Source: Protaetiibacter sp.
Lineage (GTDB): Bacteria > Actinomycetota > Actinomycetes > Actinomycetales > Microbacteriaceae
Assembly (NCBI GenBank): GCA_030150265.1
Contig: JASLGG010000051.1
Span: 51,798 to 115,797, forward strand
DNA: 64,000 bases
Reading direction: 5' to 3'
The stretch's first letter is position 1, and every line of letters begins with the position of its first letter. A program made the translations under genes and the position numbers. The notes under the pieces were generated by a model. The model did no database searches. It saw nothing but the letters and a program-made list of their open reading frames with translations, and was not told the origin of the DNA. Of this stretch, positions 17,695 to 25,823 are shown in pieces.

Positions 17695-18414
17695 GTGCAC
17701 ACGGAACTGCGCGGCGACCACCACGTGCACTCGACCTTCTCGGACGACGCCGTCTCGACCCTCGCCGAGAACGTCGCCGCGGCCCATTCCGCAGGCCTGT
17801 CGGAGCTGCGTCTCGTCGACCACGTGCGCGCGAGCACGAGCTGGGTGCCGGAGTTCGTGTCGGCGGTCGCCGCCCTCGAGGTGCCCGAGGGGCTCACGGT
17901 GCACACCGGGGTCGAGACGAAGCTGCTCGACGCGACGGGCGCGCTCGACCTGCCGTCCGGGCTCGACGGCGTCGACCGCATCCTCATCGCCGACCACCAG
18001 TTCCCCGGGCCCGACGGCCCCTGGACGCCCACCGCGACCGTCGAGCGGCTGCGCGCGGGGCTCGCGGTCGACGACGCGCTCGACCTCCTCCTGGAGGGGC
18101 TGCTCGGCGCGATGCGCCGGCATCCGGGCAATCAGCTCGCGCACTGCTTCTCGATCCTGCCGAAGGTGGGGCTCGAGGAGGAGCTGCTCGGCGCGGAGCG
18201 CATCGCGGCCTGGGCGCAGACCGCTGCGGCGAGCGACACGCTCGTCGAGGTCAACGAGAAATGGGGATGCCCGGGGCCGGCAGCGCTCGCCGCGGCGCGT
18301 GCCGCCGGGGTGCGGCTCGTCGCCTCCACCGACAGCCATCGGGCATCCGACGTCGGCCGCTACGAGCGGGTCGCCGCACTGCTCGACGAGGCCGAGCGGA
18401 GGGGGGCCGCCTGA
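17695..18414 (+). CDS. PHP-domain metal-dependent phosphoesterase (HisJ/CpsB-like size and motifs)
   Basis: GTG at 17695, 1 nt after the previous stop, in the frame of track ORF 17161..18414 (239 aa). PHP metal ligands 'GDHHVHSTFSDD', 'LVDH', 'TGVE', 'IADH' and 'STDSH'. Confidence 0.8.
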   Translation: MHTELRGDHHVHSTFSDDAVSTLAENVAAAHSAGLSELRLVDHVRASTSWVPEFVSAVAALEVPEGLTVHTGVETKLLDATGALDLPSGLDGVDRILIADHQFPGPDGPWTPTATVERLRAGLAVDDALDLLLEGLLGAMRRHPGNQLAHCFSILPKVGLEEELLGAERIAAWAQTAAASDTLVEVNEKWGCPGPAALAAARAAGVRLVASTDSHRASDVGRYERVAALLDEAERRGAA

Positions 18415-19907
18415 TGGATGTGCCGCAGATCCTCATCGACGTGCTCGTGATCGTGCTGCTCGTGTTCGTGGCCACGGGCGCGGTTCCCGTGATCACGGCG
18501 GCCGTGCACTTCGTGATCGTGCCGCTGCACGCCTTCATCAACCACTACGGCAAGGCGGCCCCCTACACGCCGCGGGTCGCCGTCATGGTCCCGGCCTGGA
18601 ACGAGGGTGCGGTCGTCGGCCCGACCATCGAGAGGCTGCTCGAGCTCGACTACCCCTCCGAGAACCTGCGCGTCTACGTGATCGACGACGCCTCCACCGA
18701 CGACACCCCGGACGTCGTCGCGCGCAAGGCCGTCGAGCACCCGGGGCGGGTGTTCCTGCTCCGGCGAGAGCAGGGCGGCCAGGGCAAGGCGCACACGCTC
18801 AACCACGGCATCCGGGTCGTGCTCGGCGAGGACTGGGCCGAGGCGCTTCTGATCATGGACGCCGACGTGATCTTCACCCCGAGCTCGCTGCGCCGCATGT
18901 CGCAGCATCTCGCCGACCCCGAGGTGGGCGCGGTCTCGGCCTACATCGCGGAGGGCAGCCGCGACCCCAACTACATGACGCGGTTCATCGCGATCGAGTA
19001 CGTGCTCGCCCAGCTCGCCTCCCGCCGCGCCCAGAACGTGCTCGGCGCCCACGCCTGCCTCGCGGGGGGCGCCCAGCTGCACTCGCGCGCCAACCTGGAG
19101 GCCATCGGCGGGCAGATCCCCACCAGCACCCTCGCCGAGGACACCGTCGCGACCTTCGAGTCGCAGCTGCACGGGCGCCGCATGGTGTTCGAGCCGCACG
19201 CGGTCGTGCTCGCCGAGGAGCCCGGCACGATCGAGGGACTGTGGAAGCAGCGGCTGCGCTGGGCGCGCGGCAACGTGCAGGTCTCGGCGATGTACCGCAA
19301 GGTGTGGTTCCGCTGGGGCCATGGCCTCCACCACCTCGGCAACATCGCGTTCGGGGCGTCGTGGTTCAGCATCTTCCTGCTGCCGTTCACGATGATCCTG
19401 TCGTCGATCGGGCTCGTCGGGTTGTTCTTCCTGCACAGCGATCTCGCCGAGACGGTGTTCCGTGCTCTGTGGATCACGGCCGCGCTCACCTACGTCTTCT
19501 CGATGACGCTCGGCGTGCAGCTCGACGGCAGGGTGGGACGGATGTCGTGGCGGGAGGCGCTGCTGTTCCCCGGCGCCGTGTCGTTCCTCGTGATGATCGC
19601 CGCCCTGTTCCCCGGGCTCCTCGAGGAGCGGCTGCCGCGGATGCTGGGGCTCGAGCTGCTGCCCGTCGGGCACGCCGCGCTGACCCTCGGCATCTACGTG
19701 TGGATCTCCGCGGCGATGGCCGGCGCATGGCTCGCCCGCGCCGTCGAGGCGACGCGCGTCGGACGCGTGCTGTCGCCGCTGCTCGTCTACCTGGTCGGCT
19801 ACGGGCCGATGCTGTGCGCCATCACGGTCGACTCCTACGTCAAGGAGTGGCGCAAGGCCGACGCGAGCTGGATCAAGACCGAGAAGACCGGGAGAGTGCT
19901 GGCATGA
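18414..19907 (+). CDS. Membrane-embedded processive family-2 glycosyltransferase (PgaC/NodC/cellulose-synthase-like)
   Basis: ATG at 18414 overlaps the previous TGA by 1 nt, in the frame of track ORF 18261..19907 (497 aa). One N-terminal TM pair, then 'VMVPAWNEG', 'VIDDASTDDT', 'IMDADVIF', 'LAEDT' and 'QRLRWARG' (QxxRW), followed by 4-5 C-terminal TM helices. Confidence 0.9.
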   Translation: MDVPQILIDVLVIVLLVFVATGAVPVITAAVHFVIVPLHAFINHYGKAAPYTPRVAVMVPAWNEGAVVGPTIERLLELDYPSENLRVYVIDDASTDDTPDVVARKAVEHPGRVFLLRREQGGQGKAHTLNHGIRVVLGEDWAEALLIMDADVIFTPSSLRRMSQHLADPEVGAVSAYIAEGSRDPNYMTRFIAIEYVLAQLASRRAQNVLGAHACLAGGAQLHSRANLEAIGGQIPTSTLAEDTVATFESQLHGRRMVFEPHAVVLAEEPGTIEGLWKQRLRWARGNVQVSAMYRKVWFRWGHGLHHLGNIAFGASWFSIFLLPFTMILSSIGLVGLFFLHSDLAETVFRALWITAALTYVFSMTLGVQLDGRVGRMSWREALLFPGAVSFLVMIAALFPGLLEERLPRMLGLELLPVGHAALTLGIYVWISAAMAGAWLARAVEATRVGRVLSPLLVYLVGYGPMLCAITVDSYVKEWRKADASWIKTEKTGRVLA

Positions 19908-20053
19908 CCGAATCGACGCGGATGGGGCGCGCCGCCGCGCACCACGAGCTGCGTCGCGATGCGCGACGCGAGTACCTGCTCCTGGTCCAAGGGGCTCTCG
20001 GGTTGATCGTCATCGCGGCGATCGTCTGGGTGCGGCAGGCGTTCTTCGCATGA
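19904..20053 (+). CDS. 49-aa single-pass membrane microprotein coupled to the GT2 synthase
   Basis: In the frame of track ORF 18299..20053. ATGA overlaps at both ends (19904-19907 and 20050-20053). Charged N-terminus plus TM helix 'LLLVQGALGLIVIAAIVWV'. Without it, this would be the only 142-nt gap in an otherwise gapless operon. Confidence 0.6.
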   Translation: MTESTRMGRAAAHHELRRDARREYLLLVQGALGLIVIAAIVWVRQAFFA

Positions 20054-20403
20054 GCGAGGGGATGCTCGCGCTCGTGGTCGACGACAGCGACGACCAGTCC
20101 GAGCTGCTGCGCCGCTACCTGGAGCGCGAGGGCTGCCGCGTGGTGGCGGCGTCGACGGCGGAGCAGGCGCTGACCCTGCTGGACGGCATCCGTCCCGACC
20201 TCGCGATCGTCGACCTGCTGCTGCCCGGGATCTCAGGGGCGGAGCTGGCCGGGCGGGTGCGGATGACGCATCCGGACTGCCTGCTGGCCATCAGCTCGGT
20301 GCTCGACGCCGCCAGCTACCCGGAGGCCGACGCCGTGCTGCCGAAGCCGTTCACGGGCGCGCAGCTGGCGGCTGTCGTCGAGCAGGCTGCGCGACGCGGA
20401 TGA
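20050..20403 (+). CDS. Stand-alone response-regulator receiver (no output domain)
   Basis: Track ORF of 117 aa. 'LALVVDDSDD', 'LAIVDLLLPGISG' and 'VLPKPF'. Confidence 0.85.
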   Translation: MSEGMLALVVDDSDDQSELLRRYLEREGCRVVAASTAEQALTLLDGIRPDLAIVDLLLPGISGAELAGRVRMTHPDCLLAISSVLDAASYPEADAVLPKPFTGAQLAAVVEQAARRG

Positions 20404-22142
20404 CGCTGCCGCGCGCACGCGTGCTGTGGGCGCGCTGGTACGCGATCGCCGACGACCCGAACCCCATCGTCAAGCAGGCCCCCACGGCGATCGCGGTGGC
20501 GGTCGCGCTCGTGCTGACGGGGCTGGTCCCCGACCTGCCCTTCGGGCGGCCCGTCGCGGGCTGGTCCGGCGTGGCCGTCATCGCCGCGGCGACCGCCCTC
20601 GCGGCCGTGCTCACCCGGCGGAGGGTCTTCGAGGGGTTCGTGGTCACGATCGTGCCGATCGCCGACATCGTCGGTCTCGGCCTGTTCCGCGCCGGGACGG
20701 GAGGCGCGTCGTCGGTCTTCGGCATCCTCATCCTGCTGCCGATCGTCTGGATCGCCTCTCTCCCGAAGCTGCGCCACGTGGCGATCGTGGCGGTGCTCAC
20801 GACCCTCGTGATCGCCCTGCCCTACGTGACCGATCCGCCGGAGAGCTGGGCGGCCTGGCTGCGGGTGGTCATCGTCCCGGTCACCTACACGATCATGGCC
20901 GCGATCGTGAACGAGCTCTCGCGCATCGCCCGGGTGCGCACCGAGGAGGCGGAACGCCTCGCAGCCGACCAGGTGCTCGCCCTCGAGGAGAGGCTGCGCG
21001 TGATGACGCAGCTGCAGGAGGGCGAGGAGCGCTACCGCGAGCTGCTCGAGCTGTTCCGCAGCGTCTGGAACGCGACGACGGCACAGGCGGTGATCGGCAC
21101 CGATCGCACCGGGCTCGTGGTCGCCTGGAACCCCGGCGCCACCGTGCTGCTCGGCACCGAGGACATCGACGCGGAGTTCACCGCCCGGATCGAGCGCTTC
21201 TTCACGCCCGAGGCGCTCGCCTCGCTCGAGGCGGAGTCGGGTGCGATGCCCGCCCACGACGCGATGGATCCCGCGCTGCGCTCGCTCTTCGGGATCGTCG
21301 ACCGGGGCGAGACCGCCGTGCGCGAGCTCGAGATGCGACGGGAGGACGGCAGCGCCGTGCCCGTGCGCCTCACCGTGACGCCGCGCCGCGACGGCACCGG
21401 CGAGCAGGTGGGCTACCTGCTCGTCGCGACCGACGAGACCCGCGCCATCGAGGTCGCGCGCATGAAGGACGAGTTCGTCGGCATGATCTCGCATGAGCTG
21501 CGCACGCCGCTCAGCTCGATCCTCGGCTACCTCGAGCTGCTGCGCGACGATCCGGTGCATCCGCTCAACGAGGAGCAGCTGCAGTTCCTCGAGATCGCCG
21601 AGCGGAACGCGCGACGGCTGCTGCGGCTCGTGGGCGACCTGCTGTTCACCGCGCAGGTGGAGTCGGGCCAGTTCCCTCTCGAGTCGCGCGAGGTCGACCT
21701 CGGTGCGATCGTGCGGGCAGCCGCCGAGACGGCGCGGCCCGCCGCCACGGCGGCCGGGGTCGCGCTCGTGGAGGAGATCCCGGATGCCGAGGTGCGGCTC
21801 GAGCTGGACGCCGTGCGCATCGGCCAGGCGGTCGACAACCTCGTCTCGAACGCGCTCAAGTTCACGCCCGCCGGCGGGCGCGTGGAGCTCTCTCTCGTCG
21901 CCGACGCGGAGAACGCCACGATCGGCGTGCGCGACACCGGGCTCGGCATCCCGCCCGACGAGCTCGACCGCCTCTTCACGCGCTTCTTCCGTGCCAGCAC
22001 GGCCACCCGCAACGCGGTGCCGGGCGTCGGGCTCGGGCTCAACATCACCAAGGCGATCGTGACGGCGCACGGCGGCCGCATGGAGGTGGAGAGCGAGGAG
22101 GGGGCCGGGACGATGTTCCGGATCGTGCTCCCGCGGCGCTGA
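20400..22142 (+). CDS. Sensor histidine kinase: polytopic membrane domain, coiled coil, PAS, HisKA, HATPase_c
   Basis: Track ORF of 580 aa with an ATGA overlap. About 5-6 TM helices in the first 170 aa. H-box 'SHELRTPLSS', N-box 'NLVSNALKFTP', G1 'VRDTGLGIP', G2 'GVGLGL'. Confidence 0.9.
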   Translation: MTLPRARVLWARWYAIADDPNPIVKQAPTAIAVAVALVLTGLVPDLPFGRPVAGWSGVAVIAAATALAAVLTRRRVFEGFVVTIVPIADIVGLGLFRAGTGGASSVFGILILLPIVWIASLPKLRHVAIVAVLTTLVIALPYVTDPPESWAAWLRVVIVPVTYTIMAAIVNELSRIARVRTEEAERLAADQVLALEERLRVMTQLQEGEERYRELLELFRSVWNATTAQAVIGTDRTGLVVAWNPGATVLLGTEDIDAEFTARIERFFTPEALASLEAESGAMPAHDAMDPALRSLFGIVDRGETAVRELEMRREDGSAVPVRLTVTPRRDGTGEQVGYLLVATDETRAIEVARMKDEFVGMISHELRTPLSSILGYLELLRDDPVHPLNEEQLQFLEIAERNARRLLRLVGDLLFTAQVESGQFPLESREVDLGAIVRAAAETARPAATAAGVALVEEIPDAEVRLELDAVRIGQAVDNLVSNALKFTPAGGRVELSLVADAENATIGVRDTGLGIPPDELDRLFTRFFRASTATRNAVPGVGLGLNITKAIVTAHGGRMEVESEEGAGTMFRIVLPRR

Positions 22143-22167
22143 GACCGTACCCCTCGCCCGGTCCCCG

Positions 22168-23070
22168 TCAGTCGGTGGGGGGTGCGGGCGGCGTGCCGAG
22201 GGCGTCGAGGGCGGACCAGAACTCGACGTCGACGGTCTCGTGCACGCGGCGCTCGAGCTCCGCGAGGCGCTCGGTCGAGTTGATGCCGACGACCGTCGTG
22301 TGGATGCGGGGCTCGCGCAGCGAGAAGTGGAGGGCCGCGGTCGCGGGCTCGATGCGCCACTCCTCGCACAGCGCCCGGAACCGGTCGACGTGGGCCAGGA
22401 ACTCGGGGCTCGGCTCGGAGTAGCCGTAGGTGCGGCCGCGGAAGTTGCCGCCCGCCAGGATGCCCGCGCCGAACGGCGCCGCGTTGAACACCGTCATCCC
22501 GCGCTCCGTCGCGAGCCGGATGATCTCCTCGGCCGAGCGATCGACCACCGTGTAGCGGTTGTGCGTCAGCACCACGTCGAAGACGTCGGTGCGCACGTAC
22601 TCCTCCACGAGCTGCCGGGTGCCGGCGGCGATACCGATCGCACCGATCCGCCCCTCCTCACGCAGCCGGATGAGAGCCTCGACGGCGCCGCCCCGACCCA
22701 TCGCGGATGCGACGTCGACCGTGTAGGGGTCGTGCAGCTGGTAGAGCGGCAGGGTGTCGAGGCCGAGGCGCTCGGTCGACTCCTCGAAGGAGCGCAGCAT
22801 CCGCTCGCCGTCGAAGACGCCCGTCACCGGGTCCTGGTCGCCCTTGGAGAACACCGAGCGGTCGTCGGGCAGGCCGCCGATCGCGCGGATGGCCTCGCCG
22901 ATCAGCCGCTCGCTCTCGCCCTCCGCATAGATGTTCGAGGTGTCGATCTGCCGGAACGGCGAGCGCAGCATCGCCGCGGCGAGCGCGACATCCGCGCCCG
23001 GGCGCTTGCCGAGGCCGGAGGTTCCGATGGTGACCTGCTGAAGCGACGTCGCATCCCACATGGCATCCAT
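22168..23070 (-). CDS. Aldo/keto reductase
   Basis: Track ORF of 300 aa. 'IDTSNIYAEGESERLIGEAI', 'LYQLHDP' and 'HNRYTVVDR'. Confidence 0.85.
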   Translation of the reverse strand: MDAMWDATSLQQVTIGTSGLGKRPGADVALAAAMLRSPFRQIDTSNIYAEGESERLIGEAIRAIGGLPDDRSVFSKGDQDPVTGVFDGERMLRSFEESTERLGLDTLPLYQLHDPYTVDVASAMGRGGAVEALIRLREEGRIGAIGIAAGTRQLVEEYVRTDVFDVVLTHNRYTVVDRSAEEIIRLATERGMTVFNAAPFGAGILAGGNFRGRTYGYSEPSPEFLAHVDRFRALCEEWRIEPATAALHFSLREPRIHTTVVGINSTERLAELERRVHETVDVEFWSALDALGTPPAPPTD

Positions 23071-23107
23071 GCTGCCACTCGCCGGCCGGCGCGCTATGAC
23101 GTGAGCG

Positions 23108-23719
23108 TCACGACGTGAGCGTCGACTCGGCGGCCTGCCAGGCCTCCGCGATGAGCTCGGCCCCGAGCGCCGTCGGGTGCACGCCGTCCTCGGCGACCGC
23201 CGCCGCGCCGTGATGCACGGCCGCGACCGTCAGGATGCGATGCAGCGGCACGAGGGCGGCCTGGAACTCGGACGCGAGCGAGGCGACCGCCTCGCGCTTG
23301 CCCGCGAGATCGTCGAGCCACGCGCGCTGCTCCTCGACGACGGGCACGAGGAACGGCTCGACGAGGATGAGCCGCGGGTTCGAGGCCGCGCGGGCCTCCT
23401 CGAGGAGGGCCCGGTAGACGCCCTCGAAGTGCGCCGGATCGGTCGCGTCGCCGCCGTCGAAGCGGCGCCAGGTGTCGTTGACGCCGACGTAGACCGTGAG
23501 CACGCTCGGCTCCTGCGCGAGCACGTCGGCGGCCCAGCGGTTCCGCAGGTCTCCGATCCGGTCGCCGCCGATGCCGCGGTTCACGATCCGGCGACGCTCC
23601 CCGCGCAGCGCGAACGCCTCGGCGACGAGGCGCACGTAGCCCCAGCCGAGGCCGGCGGGGTCGTCACGGCGGCCGGCGTCGGTGATCGAGTCGCCGACGA
23701 AGAGCACGGGTCCGGTCAT
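23108..23719 (-). CDS. SGNH/GDSL-family hydrolase
   Basis: Track ORF of 203 aa. Block I 'FVGDSIT', block II 'NRGIGG', block III 'GVND', block V 'DGVHP'. Confidence 0.85.
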   Translation of the reverse strand: MTGPVLFVGDSITDAGRRDDPAGLGWGYVRLVAEAFALRGERRRIVNRGIGGDRIGDLRNRWAADVLAQEPSVLTVYVGVNDTWRRFDGGDATDPAHFEGVYRALLEEARAASNPRLILVEPFLVPVVEEQRAWLDDLAGKREAVASLASEFQAALVPLHRILTVAAVHHGAAAVAEDGVHPTALGAELIAEAWQAAESTLTS

Positions 23720-23757
23720 GCGGTCAGGGTAGCGGGCGCCGGGGTCATGATGGGGGG

Positions 23758-24402
23758 ATGAGCGGAACGCATGTGATCGTGCTGCCGGGCGGCGGCTACC
23801 ACCGGCACGCGCCGCACGAGGCGGAGCCGGTGGCCGAGTGGCTCCGCGGGCTCGGCCACGCCGCGAGCGTGTTCGCGTACCCGGTGCTGACCCGGCATCC
23901 GGGGCCGCTGCGCGCCGTGCGGGCCGAGGTGCGCCGCGTGCGGGAGGCGGGGGCTGCGCGGGTGGCGCTGCTCGGCTTCTCGGCGGGCGGGCACGCGGCC
24001 GGGATGGCGGCGTACGCGCCCGGCGCCGCGGCGGAGGAGCGTGTGGACGCGGTCGTGCTCTGCTACGCCGTCACGTCGATGATGCTGCCCACCCACCGCG
24101 GGTCCCGCGAGAACCTGCTCGGCGCCGACGCGTCGTGGGATGCGCGGCGGGCGACCTCGCTCGACCTGCTCGTGACGGCATCCGCGCCGCCGAGCTTCGT
24201 GTGGCACACCGCGGGGGACGAGGCGGTGCCCGTGCAGCACTCCTACCTGCTGGGGATGGCGCTGGCGGCCGCGGGCGTGCCGCACGAGCTGCACGTGCTG
24301 CCGGGCGAGGTGCACGGCGTGGGGCTCGCGGCGGGCGACCCCGCGGGCGCGTGGACCGGGCTGTGCGCCGACTGGCTGGAGAGGCTCACGCATCCGGCCT
24401 GA
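23758..24402 (+). CDS. Alpha/beta hydrolase (esterase)
   Basis: Track ORF of 214 aa. Oxyanion 'LPGGGY', nucleophile elbow 'GFSAGG' and C-terminal 'GEVHG'. Confidence 0.8.
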   Translation: MSGTHVIVLPGGGYHRHAPHEAEPVAEWLRGLGHAASVFAYPVLTRHPGPLRAVRAEVRRVREAGAARVALLGFSAGGHAAGMAAYAPGAAAEERVDAVVLCYAVTSMMLPTHRGSRENLLGADASWDARRATSLDLLVTASAPPSFVWHTAGDEAVPVQHSYLLGMALAAAGVPHELHVLPGEVHGVGLAAGDPAGAWTGLCADWLERLTHPA

Positions 24403-24468
24403 CCGCCTGCGCCCGCGAGCATCCGCGCCGCATCCGCCGCGTGGTCGACCGGAGGGGGAAGCCGGCAC

Positions 24469-24557
24469 GCGGCGAGAGCAACTACTCCCGCCGCATGCAT
24501 GCTTCATCGCCCGCGCCGGAGGCTTCTCCCGCCGATGGGCGCTGCTTCTCCCGCCGA
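24469..24557. repeat. Intergenic GC-rich repeat element, copy 1 (GGCGGGAG hairpin family)
   Basis: Hairpin GCGGCGAGAG-CAACTA-CTCCCGCCGC, followed by two direct copies of CTTCTCCCGCCGA 22 bp apart. About 45 bp is alignable by eye with 41076-41119. Confidence 0.6.
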
Positions 24558-24634
24558 CGGAAGCGTCGGAGCGGGGTCGCAGCGGATCGCTCCTCAGCCG
24601 GCGAGCGGGCCGGTCGGCCGGCGGGCGGGGCGGG

Positions 24635-25786
24635 TCAGCCGGCGGGCGGGGCCGGAGGTGCGGCCGGCGCCGCGCCCAGCAGCTGCTGCGCGACCGTCGC
24701 GTGCACCGACTCCGTGTCGGAGGGGTGGTAGATGCCGGCGAGCACGTCGCGCTGCAGGCGCACGAGCTCGGAGCCGCTGCGGTAGCCGCCCCCGCCCGCG
24801 AGCCGCATCGCCTGGTCGACGACGTACCGCGCCGTCTCGGTGGCCCGGTGCTTCACGCCCGTGAGGTCGCGGAACCAGCGCGCACCGCGATCGACCCGCT
24901 CGTCGAGGTCGCGAGCCACCGACTCGAGCTGCGGGGCGAGCGCGTCGAGGGCGAGCGCGGCATCCGCGACGCGCCACCGGATGTCGGGGTCGGCCGCGTA
25001 CGGCGCACCCCCGTTCTTGAGGCTCGTGCGCTTCTGCACCGCCTCGACGGCGAGCTCGAGGGCGCGGTCGGCCAGCCCCGCGTAGACGGCGCCGATGAGG
25101 GTCAGGAAGTTCGCGAACAGGGCGAAGATGAACGGGTCGGCGTTCGGCCCGACCGGCAGGAACCGCACGATGCGCGCGTCGGGCACCACCGCCCCCTCGA
25201 GCCTCGTGGTGCGGGACTGGGTCGCGCGCATGCCGAGGGTGTCCCAGTCGTCGAGCGTCGTGACGCCCGCATCGTCGCGCGTGAGGATGCCGTGCACGAG
25301 CCGCGGGGCGCCATCCGGGCCGTCCATCTGCTTGCCGAAGACGATGAGGCGCGTCCAGGCGGGGGCGAGCGAGGTGAAGATCTTGACGCCCGTGAACGCG
25401 TAACCGGCGACGGGGGTCTCCACTCGCTCGGCCGTGGTGAGCGAGTCCCACATGACGAGGTCGTTGCCGGGCTCCGAGTTGCCGAAGGCGAAAAGCTCGC
25501 CGGCCTCGGCATCCGCGAGCACCCAGGCGAGCGAGTCGTCGCCGCGCTCGGCCAGGGTGCGGGCGATGCCCACCACCACCAGATGCATGTTGACGGCGAG
25601 CGCCGTGGCCGGGGCGTAGGCGGCGAGCAGGCGCTGGTCGCGCACGCCCTCGAGCAGGGATCGGGGGCGGAGGTAGCCCGCCGCCCGCAGCTCGGCGAGA
25701 TCCTCGTCGAAGAAGGCGTTGTCGCGGTCGTAGCCGGCGGCGCGGGAGCGGATGCGGTCGAGGAGCTCGGGGGTCAGCACGGACAC
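24635..25786 (-). CDS. Acyl-CoA dehydrogenase family protein
   Basis: Track ORF of 383 aa. Three-domain ACAD layout with 'GMRATQS' and a C-terminal helical domain. Pro/Ala-rich tail. Confidence 0.8.
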   Translation of the reverse strand: MSVLTPELLDRIRSRAAGYDRDNAFFDEDLAELRAAGYLRPRSLLEGVRDQRLLAAYAPATALAVNMHLVVVGIARTLAERGDDSLAWVLADAEAGELFAFGNSEPGNDLVMWDSLTTAERVETPVAGYAFTGVKIFTSLAPAWTRLIVFGKQMDGPDGAPRLVHGILTRDDAGVTTLDDWDTLGMRATQSRTTRLEGAVVPDARIVRFLPVGPNADPFIFALFANFLTLIGAVYAGLADRALELAVEAVQKRTSLKNGGAPYAADPDIRWRVADAALALDALAPQLESVARDLDERVDRGARWFRDLTGVKHRATETARYVVDQAMRLAGGGGYRSGSELVRLQRDVLAGIYHPSDTESVHATVAQQLLGAAPAAPPAPPAG

Positions 25787-25823
25787 GTCACCACGCTACG
25801 CCGCCCGCCCCACCGAGGGGAGG

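Noticed and set aside
24499-24864. 121-aa plus-strand ORF starting in the 24403-24634 intergenic region
   Set aside because: It reads through the GC-rich repeat element and then runs antisense into the acyl-CoA dehydrogenase gene. Its Arg/Pro/Ala-rich composition gives no coding support.
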